Source: a virus. Taken from it: a stretch of DNA of 47,394 nt. Within the stretch, counting starts at the first letter, position 1. Every line of letters starts with the position of its first letter. Below, piece after piece: positions 19,363 to 24,900 of this stretch. The stretch lies in the IMG/VR virus record IMGVR_UViG_3300013830_000001. One strand, given 5' to 3'. A program made the translations under genes and the position numbers. A model generated the notes under the pieces. The model searched no databases. It was not told where the DNA came from and worked only from the letters and a program-made list of their open reading frames with translations.

Positions 19363-19933
19363 AATCCATGTATTCGTCCCAGCCTTCGCGGTCTCTTACA
19401 AGTTCTGCATATTTGTCTGGGTCATACTTATGATTTGATAACTCATTCAAAATGAGATGAACTTCTTTTTTTATTACATCCGCTGCCTCTGCAGGAGATT
19501 CAGCGTCGTAAACGTCTACAGCAACTCGACTTGGGAGAGCCAGAAGCATTGAACGAATCGTGTATATTAAATCGTTTGTCAGCGTTTCAACGTCTTCTGA
19601 GCGGTGCATTTTGCCCGCCACTTCCTTTAGCTCAAGCTCAAGCTTTTTCCGCTTCGCTCTTTTTATGCCGATATCTTCAGCTATCTTTTTCCCTTCAAGG
19701 CTGTCTTCCTTTGCTGCTCTTCCATAGGCCTTATCGGACAAGTACTTGATGTAAAGACGGACAGTCGGAATCAAATCATATCTTCTGCATTTCCTTCCGG
19801 TCTCTGGGTTCTTTACTTCTGTGGTACTTATGACTCCATCTTGTGTTAACTGCTGCACACGCCTAGTAGTTAGCCCAAAGAGTTGAGCAATTACTTCAAC
19901 CTTTACATAGTTACCATGATGTTCTTCAGCCAT
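19328..19933 (-). CDS. terS: Terminase small subunit (HTH, Nu1-like)
   Basis: 201 aa; N-terminal HTH VIAQLFGLTTRRVQQLTQDGV, acidic C-terminus, overlaps the TerL start. Confidence 0.7.
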   Translation of the reverse strand: MAEEHHGNYVKVEVIAQLFGLTTRRVQQLTQDGVISTTEVKNPETGRKCRRYDLIPTVRLYIKYLSDKAYGRAAKEDSLEGKKIAEDIGIKRAKRKKLELELKEVAGKMHRSEDVETLTNDLIYTIRSMLLALPSRVAVDVYDAESPAEAADVIKKEVHLILNELSNHKYDPDKYAELVRDREGWDEYMDFDDEDSDDEYI

Positions 19934-19941
19934 AACTCACC

Positions 19942-20589
19942 TTATTTGGATACAAGTGTAACCAGATTGCTCTTTTCCATCAGACGTTTCATCTTCTCAC
20001 TTGCGCTCTGCTCATAGTATTCCGCAATGTTCGAAAAATTAAATTTGCAGTGTCTGTAAGCTGCAGCTATCAGAAAGTCTTTTTCTTCTTTGCTGATACC
20101 GGATGATTTAATTTCCTTTAGAAGATTAAACGTTTCTCCCATGTCGTAACAGTCTGAAAGCTCAATAGGTTCCATACCGTTCTTGACTTCTTTCTCTATT
20201 TCCTTAATATCCTCGGACAAGTCAAGCCCGAAATCCGACATATCATAATCAGTAATTTGCTCTAAGTCCAAGTTGAGCTTGTCCAGATCAAAACCACTGT
20301 TCATGGTCAGCTGGTTATGGACAATGCCATAAGCTAGCCGCTGCTGATCTGTGAGAGAGTCGAGCCTGATACATGGTACTTCTTCAATTCCAAGTTCCAG
20401 AGCAGCTAGATAACGGCCATGCCCTTCAATGATGATATTGTCCTTCCAGATTCCAAGCGGATCAAGAAATCCAAAATCTTCAATAGATTGTTTAATCTGC
20501 TCTAACTGTTCTGGAGGATGCTTCTTGGCATTATTCGCATTCTCTTTCAGTTCCAAAGTCGGAACATATTCTACTTTTAATTTAGGCAT
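19942..20589 (-). CDS. ParB-like nuclease domain protein
   Basis: 215 aa; ..LKENANNAKKHPPEQLEQIKQSIEDFGFLDPLGIW..IIEGHGRYLAALELG.. (ParB/Srx N-terminal domain signature). Confidence 0.75.
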   Translation of the reverse strand: MPKLKVEYVPTLELKENANNAKKHPPEQLEQIKQSIEDFGFLDPLGIWKDNIIIEGHGRYLAALELGIEEVPCIRLDSLTDQQRLAYGIVHNQLTMNSGFDLDKLNLDLEQITDYDMSDFGLDLSEDIKEIEKEVKNGMEPIELSDCYDMGETFNLLKEIKSSGISKEEKDFLIAAAYRHCKFNFSNIAEYYEQSASEKMKRLMEKSNLVTLVSK

Positions 20590-21174
20590 TTAGTCTCCAA
20601 AGAATCTATTCATAGCATGATCAATACGTTCCTCAACCATCTTACTGAGTTTTTCTTCAACTTTTGGTCTACCATGCTCAGAAGCCATGATGGACGGTAC
20701 AGCAGGGCCAGTCGCCATTTTATAGTGTCTGTCTCCTCCGGTTCCAATTCTTTCTGTCAGATGATTCATGATCAAGTACGAGGACCGCTGCACATGTTTC
20801 CCAGTTCTCTTTTTGGTATATTCACCAACTTGAACCTTCTTGCCCTTCATTACTTCTGCGTAGGTGTTGTAGTCTCCAGCTGGGCGGGACTTCGGCTCAT
20901 AAGAGTATTCCTCCATAGCAACTGGGCCGCCAACATACGTCATTGACAAGTCATTCTCATTGCCACTCATGGAGATGTTGACTTCTCCTCCTGTGACATC
21001 GCCTTTGCTAATGGTATAAAGTTCTGTAACCGCAGAAGCAATCCAGCCTTTAGCACGTGCTTTAACGTCAGACATACAAGCCCGCATAGCCTTATCACTA
21101 TTTTCAATGCCTTGTTCACAGAACTCAAAGAGCTCATCAATGTTCTTGACCTCAACATAGATCATGTTTGCCAT
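20590..21174 (-). CDS. Hypothetical protein, first gene of the late operon (weak gpZ / HK97 gp10-like resemblance)
   Basis: 194 aa, GAGGTGA SD. Only length and pattern-level similarity to tail-completion proteins. Confidence 0.3.
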   Translation of the reverse strand: MANMIYVEVKNIDELFEFCEQGIENSDKAMRACMSDVKARAKGWIASAVTELYTISKGDVTGGEVNISMSGNENDLSMTYVGGPVAMEEYSYEPKSRPAGDYNTYAEVMKGKKVQVGEYTKKRTGKHVQRSSYLIMNHLTERIGTGGDRHYKMATGPAVPSIMASEHGRPKVEEKLSKMVEERIDHAMNRFFGD

Positions 21175-21188
21175 GAGCTCACCTCACG

Positions 21189-21228
21189 CATAAAAATAGA
21201 AAGCTCATGAATATTTTCAAGAGCTTTC
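21189..21228 (-). terminator. Leader hairpin plus U-tract between the late promoter-like element and the first late gene
   Basis: Minus strand GAAAGCTC-14 nt-GAGCTTTC followed by TATTTTTAT, about 20 nt downstream of the -10-like TATAAT. Confidence 0.5.
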
Positions 21229-21248
21229 TTCCACTTTTCGACATTATC

Positions 21249-21278
21249 ATTATATCCAGTTTGTTGTCCCTCAAATAC
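21249..21278 (-). promoter_or_regulatory. Late promoter-like element, copy C (GTATTTGAGGGACAACAAACTGGATATAAT)
   Basis: 30-nt element ending in TATAAT. It matches the copies at 28382-28411 (23/30) and 28020-28049, and sits 75 nt upstream of the first late gene. Confidence 0.6.
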
Positions 21279-21505
21279 CGAACTTGTATATTTTTTCAAT
21301 TTTCGCATACTGAAGCATCTTCTTTTGAGCACTGCATCCACCAGTTATTGTGTGTCGGTATGTCCTGCAGCGCCTATAAACACTATATATTGTGGTTCGT
21401 AGCGAAAATGCCACAAAATTTAGACAAAAAATAGAAAGTGTTTGGGCGGTCGGACGCAGCCCCGTGGCGCTTTTGGATAGAAGGACCCGTAGAATATACA
21501 AAAAT

Positions 21506-21523
21506 AATGAATAATTATTCATT
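21506..21523. repeat. Perfect 18-bp palindrome AATGAATAATTATTCATT
   Basis: Read directly from the sequence; non-coding, between the GC-rich island terminator and the late promoter element. Confidence 0.9.
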
Positions 21524-21552
21524 GTCGTACCACCCTATTTTTTTGAAGTGCC

Positions 21553-21594
21553 AAAAAGCAGAAAGCAAAAAAGCGGGGCGCCGCCGCGCTCCGC
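21553..21594 (-). terminator. Intrinsic terminator closing the GC-rich island
   Basis: Minus strand GCGGAGCGC-GGCG-GCGCCCCGC (one A.C mismatch) followed by TTTTTTGCTTTCTGCTTTTT. Confidence 0.6.
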
Positions 21595-21800
21595 TCTTGT
21601 GCTTGTGCTCTTGCTCTGTGTGCTGTGCTTCGGTGGGGCTCCGCTTGCTGGGGTGGCACTAGACACGGCCGGGGGCTGTGGGCTCTTGCCTTGCTCTGCT
21701 CTCCCCTTAGTGCTCGGTGCTCTGGCGCTTGCAAGTGCGCGCCGTGCTTGCTTCAGCTGATGGGGCCCGCCGCTAGTGCTCCGCTGTGGGTCTGCTCTGC
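21573..21800 (-). other. GC-rich, strand-asymmetric non-coding island (candidate ncRNA or packaging/cos-type site)
   Basis: About 230 nt with roughly ten A residues on the plus strand (U-poor on the minus-strand transcript). Repeated GTGCT/AGCAC motifs and several G-runs. Preceded by a TTGACA box and followed by a terminator. Confidence 0.4.
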
Positions 21801-21857
21801 TTCTATTCCTTTCCCGCTACAAAAATTAAGACCTATACCAGCATGGCACAGGCCTTA

Positions 21858-21886
21858 TATATGTATGTACTTTTTACATCTGTCAA
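21858..21886 (-). promoter_or_regulatory. Possible sigma-A-type promoter reading into the GC-rich island
   Basis: Minus strand TTGACA (21886-21881), 17 nt, then CATATA within an ACATATATA stretch. Confidence 0.35.
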
Positions 21887-21913
21887 TCAAAGCGGTTTTA
21901 AAATTATCTTTCT

Positions 21914-22159
21914 TTAGTCTTCGATGATCGTGCGGAAGTCTTCAAAGTCAAGTGCCGCGAGGCTTTCCTCTGTGGTCTCCTTGCCGATGCCCTCAAGGCC
22001 GGCATCTGCGATGTAGTCTATGACTGCCTCAAGTGCGGTCATGTCGGATGTGCTGATCTTTTCCCATGCTCTTTCGAGCTCTGCGGTCTGCTCTTCGGTA
22101 AGTGCGTCCCATGCGTCTCTGATCATCTGCTCATCGCCGTATACGTAATTGCTAGTCAT
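21914..22159 (-). CDS. Small, very acidic protein (81 aa), function unknown
   Basis: Own consensus-like promoter, AAGGAGAAAA SD; D/E-rich sequence ..DAWDALTEEQTAELERAWEK..LDFEDFRTIIED. Confidence 0.7.
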   Translation of the reverse strand: MTSNYVYGDEQMIRDAWDALTEEQTAELERAWEKISTSDMTALEAVIDYIADAGLEGIGKETTEESLAALDFEDFRTIIED

Positions 22160-22221
22160 AATTTTCTCCTTTTCTTTATGCCTTTATGTCCTTGGGGGTT
22201 GTCCCCCCTCTCACTGTCTTT

Positions 22222-22249
22222 ATTATAACTCACTAATTATTTTTTTCAA
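22222..22249 (-). promoter_or_regulatory. Sigma-A-type promoter (TTGAAA-16-TATAAT), copy 1 of a duplicated ~50-nt promoter block
   Basis: Minus strand cTATTGAAAaaaataattagtgagtTATAATaaagacag; near-identical block at 22561-22610. Confidence 0.7.
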
Positions 22250-22265
22250 TAGTTTTTTTGAAAAA

Positions 22266-22526
22266 TTATTCTTCTTTTTCATCTTCTTCAAGCCGCTTTA
22301 AAATTCCAATGATTTCGTCGGTTTCGTCCTTCGTGAGTGTGTACTCTTCTTTCATCTCTTCCCGGTCTTCTGCTCTCCATCCGCCGCCGTAGAGTGCCGC
22401 GGCTTCTTCCTGTGCCATATACCGAACATGATCCCAGTATCTAGCGGGATCTGCATCGTATGCAGCTTCTGCGGAAATTTCTTTTTCTTCGATGCTTTCA
22501 AACATATCTTCAAAATAATTTTTCAT
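22266..22526 (-). CDS. Small acidic protein (86 aa), function unknown
   Basis: Own promoter copy, AAAGGAGAAAA SD; E/D-rich ..MFESIEEKEISAEAAYDADPARYWD..LKRLEEDEKEE. Confidence 0.7.
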   Translation of the reverse strand: MKNYFEDMFESIEEKEISAEAAYDADPARYWDHVRYMAQEEAAALYGGGWRAEDREEMKEEYTLTKDETDEIIGILKRLEEDEKEE

Positions 22527-22571
22527 GATTTTCTCCTTTCCCTGTCGGGGTTCTTGTTTCTTTCTGTCTTT

Positions 22572-22599
22572 ATTATAACTCTTTAATTATATTTTTCAA
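22572..22599 (-). promoter_or_regulatory. Sigma-A-type promoter (TTGAAA-16-TATAAT), copy 2 of the duplicated block
   Basis: Minus strand cTATTGAAAaatataattaaagagtTATAATaaagacag. Confidence 0.7.
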
Positions 22600-22672
22600 T
22601 AGTTATTTTTAACAAATAATCCGCTCTGCTTTTGGGCGGATTGCAGAAATAAAAAATGTGCTTGAAAAGCGC

Positions 22673-22701
22673 TTGAAATACACGATTGTATATAATATAC
22701 T
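22673..22701 (+). promoter_or_regulatory. Plus-strand promoter of the opposite-strand moron (TTGAAA-17-TATACT; a TATAAT overlaps)
   Basis: gcTTGAAAtacacgattgtatataaTATACTgtag, followed by a structured 5' leader GGGGCAAGG-GTTGGAG-CCTTACCCC. Confidence 0.5.
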
Positions 22702-22761
22702 GTAGTCACAGGGGCAAGGGTTGGAGCCTTACCCCAAGTATACAGAAAGGAGGAAAAACCG

Positions 22762-22872
22762 ATGAATAAATTCCATTCGGTTTTAGACATTTTCAACGTT
22801 GCCTCAACGGTGTTGAATTTTATTAGCTCAGTTTTAACAATCGTTGCGTTGATAAAGTCTAAGAGAGATTAA
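22762..22872 (+). CDS. 36-aa hydrophobic peptide (holin-like / type I toxin-like)
   Basis: AAAGGAGGA SD 7 nt before the ATG; MNKFHSVLDIFNVASTVLNFISSVLTIVALIKSKRD: one TM span and a basic C-terminus. Below the 60-aa cut-off of the ORF track. Confidence 0.55.
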   Translation: MNKFHSVLDIFNVASTVLNFISSVLTIVALIKSKRD

Positions 22873-22880
22873 ATTCTCGT

Positions 22881-22906
22881 CCAGGGGAGGAGCTTTCCTC
22901 CTCTGG
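22881..22906 (+). terminator. Strong hairpin (possible attenuator) between the two small peptide ORFs
   Basis: CCAGGGGAGG-AGCTTT-CCTCCTCTGG (10 bp with one G.U) followed by TTTCC. Confidence 0.35.
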
Positions 22907-22947
22907 TTTCCACAATGGAATTATAGCACTTCGGAGTATTAATTACT

Positions 22948-23052
22948 ATGGAAATTTTTGAGTTGATTTTAAGCATCACAAATTTCATAATATCCGCCAC
23001 CTTATTTTTCGTTATTGTTAAATACATAGGTAAAAGCAATGGAAAAAAGTAA
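22948..23052 (+). CDS. 34-aa hydrophobic peptide (second holin-like / toxin-like peptide)
   Basis: MEIFELILSITNFIISATLFFVIVKYIGKSNGKK: one TM span and a basic C-terminus; its 3' end overlaps the ATG of the next ORF by 14 nt. Confidence 0.5.
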   Translation: MEIFELILSITNFIISATLFFVIVKYIGKSNGKK

Positions 23053-23221
23053 AAGCAAATACGCAGCGCAGATGAAATATAATAGAAAGAATTATGTCCC
23101 GTTTCATATTGACTTTAAACCGGAAGTTCTAAACGAATTCCGTGCGAAATGTAAGGAAAACGGAACAACTGCGACAACAGAAATAAAAAAATTTGTAAAC
23201 GATTATAACAAATCTCATTGA
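23039..23221 (+). CDS. 60-aa RHH/Arc-like small DNA-binding protein (putative)
   Basis: ..RKNYVPFHIDFKPEVLNEFRAKCKENGTTATTEIKKFVNDY: a strand-helix-helix pattern; followed by a strong terminator. Confidence 0.55.
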   Translation: MEKSKSKYAAQMKYNRKNYVPFHIDFKPEVLNEFRAKCKENGTTATTEIKKFVNDYNKSH

Positions 23222-23253
23222 AGAGTGGCCCCTTTTTGGGGCTTCTCTTTTTT
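23220..23253 (+). terminator. Intrinsic terminator of the plus-strand moron
   Basis: GAAGAGTGGCCCC-TTTTT-GGGGCTTCTC followed by TTTTTT. Confidence 0.8.
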
Positions 23254-23280
23254 CTAAAAAATGTTCAAAAAGAATGTTGA

Positions 23281-23314
23281 AAAATATAACAAAAGCCGCT
23301 GGAAATTCCAGCGG
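23281..23314 (-). terminator. Intrinsic terminator after the 123-aa gene (convergent with the moron terminator)
   Basis: Minus strand GCCGCTGGA-ATT-TCCAGCGGC followed by TTTTGTTATATTT. Confidence 0.8.
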
Positions 23315-23319
23315 CAAAA

Positions 23320-23691
23320 TTATTCTTCGTTCTTTTTTGCATCTCGCTTCTGCTTCATCTTTTCCAAGCAGTCCGGGCAAGTCTTTTTACTGTATCCTTC
23401 CGGTAAAACTTTCCCACAGCGGACGCAACAGTGTGTATCTAAATTTTTATCATAGTAAGTTTTAGCATAAGAATTTCTTGGCGTGTTTGGAATTCTTTTT
23501 GACCTGGAGTCTGGATTCTTTACGTCTTTTCGGATCAACCACACGTTAGAATTTTCTAATCTAAAAGCGGGAATTAAACCTTTAGTAGCCTTGACGGTTG
23601 CAGCAGAAGGGGTAATTCCATTCTTCCGTGCCCACTCTCGAAGCGTTTCAATATCTTTAACCTTGAAATCTTTCGCATATTTTAAATCCAT
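23320..23691 (-). CDS. Putative DNA-binding protein with a C-terminal zinc ribbon
   Basis: 123 aa; consensus promoter and GGAGGTGGAAAA SD; C-terminal CVRCGKVLPEGYSKKTCPDC. Confidence 0.6.
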   Translation of the reverse strand: MDLKYAKDFKVKDIETLREWARKNGITPSAATVKATKGLIPAFRLENSNVWLIRKDVKNPDSRSKRIPNTPRNSYAKTYYDKNLDTHCCVRCGKVLPEGYSKKTCPDCLEKMKQKRDAKKNEE

Positions 23692-23710
23692 TTTTCCACC
23701 TCCGGAAACT

Positions 23711-23739
23711 ATTATAAATCATTCATAAACTTTTTTCAA
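23711..23739 (-). promoter_or_regulatory. Consensus sigma-A-type promoter (TTGAAA-17-TATAAT)
   Basis: Minus strand TTGAAAaaagtttatgaatgattTATAAT, 20 nt upstream of the ATG at 23691. Confidence 0.8.
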
Positions 23740-23749
23740 TAGAATTTCA

Positions 23750-23789
23750 GGCAAAAATATCCCGCCCTAGATTCAAAATCTAAGACGGG
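23750..23789 (-). terminator. Intrinsic terminator after the lipase gene
   Basis: Minus strand CCCGTCTTAGAT-TTTGA-ATCTAGGGCGGG followed by ATATTTTTG. Confidence 0.75.
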
Positions 23790-23802
23790 TAATTTATTAA
23801 TC

Positions 23803-24900
23803 TTAATCAAGTCCATTATACAGTTTCAGCATTCTGTCGAAATCGTTGTATAAATCTTGGATGTTTCCGGAGTGCCCGCACCAGTACAGATGATCTTGCT
23901 TCACGGCTGGCATATTGTACCAGATTCCAGGTCTGAACTTTGTTCCGCTCCAATAGCCGTCCTTATATCTTGCATCGAATGGGGCTGACTGTCCAGCTAG
24001 GTTAACAAAGCCATCGTTACGATACCAGCTCATGAAATCCGGATGATACTTCAGGCCCGCAGCGTTCCCGGAAATAGCCATTATGGTTCCGCAATAGCGA
24101 CAAGCACCAGACATTTCAAAAGTCGGTTCAAATGCTCTCTGAGCAAAATAGTACGTGCCCTTATTTACAACCTGCTTGGGGTTGATATGCTTCTGAACAA
24201 AATCAATATCCATTTCTTTTGATACATCATCGTCCAGACTCAAGCTGTACTTGGTGGCCTTGGCGATAGCTCCTCCTGTCCACTGATCAAGCTTGTTTTC
24301 ATAATCTCCATTGCCGTTGATGGTGTCGTTAAACATGATTCCAAAGATTGTGGCAATGCTGATACCTGTCCGGTCTGTTAAGGTTGCAGCCATCGTCCCG
24401 TTGTTGACCCCTGAGAGAGTCGTCACAGTATGAATCAGGTCGCCATGTCCTCCAGCAAAAAGGGGCGACAAATCGTCTGCAGCGGTTCCGTCCCGTTCCT
24501 CCTTGCTCCCCTGAGTAAAGAGATTAGAAACTTCTTTGACAGTTGCTCCGCCCAAAGAGTGGCCAAACAGGTCAATTTTCATGTGCTTCTCAGACTGCCC
24601 CAAGTCCTTCAATGCTCCTGGATAAGTTGCGCCGTATCTTTCATGGTGGACTCTGGCAGAGTGCACCTTGCCATAGTCTACACGCCCCCCGAACAAATAC
24701 GCCCACAGGATACATGCTCTGTCCCATGCAGAGTTGTAAGGGCCGAGGCTGGGATAATGGACTTCATATCCTTCACTCTGTAAATGCTCTATCAGATTGT
24801 TACCCTTATATCCCCAGTATGGGAGAAGGTCAGAGTTCTTCACTTCGTCTTCGTGTCCGTAGCCGTAAAGGCCATGGATGAGTACAATCGGGTATCTCAC
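23803..24900 (-). CDS. Triacylglycerol lipase / esterase, alpha/beta-hydrolase (staphylococcal/Bacillus family I.5-I.6-like), no signal peptide
   Basis: 365 aa; YPIVLIHGLYGYG, GGRVDYGKVHSARVHHERYGATYPG, nucleophile elbow GHSLGG, ..SPLFAGGHG..TTLSGVNNG.., WYRNDGFVN and KQDHLYW. These are collinear with S. aureus Geh-type lipases. GTG start overlaps the MTase stop (GTGA). Confidence 0.85.
   Translation of the reverse strand: MRYPIVLIHGLYGYGHEDEVKNSDLLPYWGYKGNNLIEHLQSEGYEVHYPSLGPYNSAWDRACILWAYLFGGRVDYGKVHSARVHHERYGATYPGALKDLGQSEKHMKIDLFGHSLGGATVKEVSNLFTQGSKEERDGTAADDLSPLFAGGHGDLIHTVTTLSGVNNGTMAATLTDRTGISIATIFGIMFNDTINGNGDYENKLDQWTGGAIAKATKYSLSLDDDVSKEMDIDFVQKHINPKQVVNKGTYYFAQRAFEPTFEMSGACRYCGTIMAISGNAAGLKYHPDFMSWYRNDGFVNLAGQSAPFDARYKDGYWSGTKFRPGIWYNMPAVKQDHLYWCGHSGNIQDLYNDFDRMLKLYNGLD
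24796..24888. repeat. 93-nt direct repeat, copy 1 (codons 5-35 of the lipase gene)
   Basis: Matches 26536-26628: the first 51 nt are identical and the remaining 42 nt carry 6 substitutions, 5 of them synonymous in the lipase frame. Confidence 0.9.

Noticed and set aside
21519-21927. ORFs in the GC-rich island (21519-21734 minus, 21548-21760 plus, 21625-21927 plus), including a hydrophobic-looking 70-aa product
   Set aside because: The plus strand has almost no A. Stop codons are therefore absent in all plus frames and translation is forced toward L/V/A/G/C. There is no SD, the start is GTG, and codon usage is unlike the rest of the phage. I treat the region as non-coding, though a foreign small membrane gene cannot be fully excluded without a homology search.
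22596-22796. 66-aa minus-strand ORF overlapping the moron promoter and the first small peptide
   Set aside because: It is antisense to a unit with a clear promoter, SD and terminator. It has no SD of its own and its sequence is implausible.
23277-23642. Apparent frameshift in the 123-aa gene and neighbouring ORFs
   Set aside because: Read by hand, the A-run at the 23280/23281 line break looked one A short and the run at the 23640/23641 line break one A long. That would break the ORF. The supplied ORF translations on both strands are continuous (23320-23691 minus; 23261-23455, 23274-23465 and 23483-23728 plus) and the two discrepancies cancel exactly at line boundaries. I treat this as a reading or formatting issue, follow the track, and warn that my non-ORF coordinates inside 23281-23640 may be off by 1.
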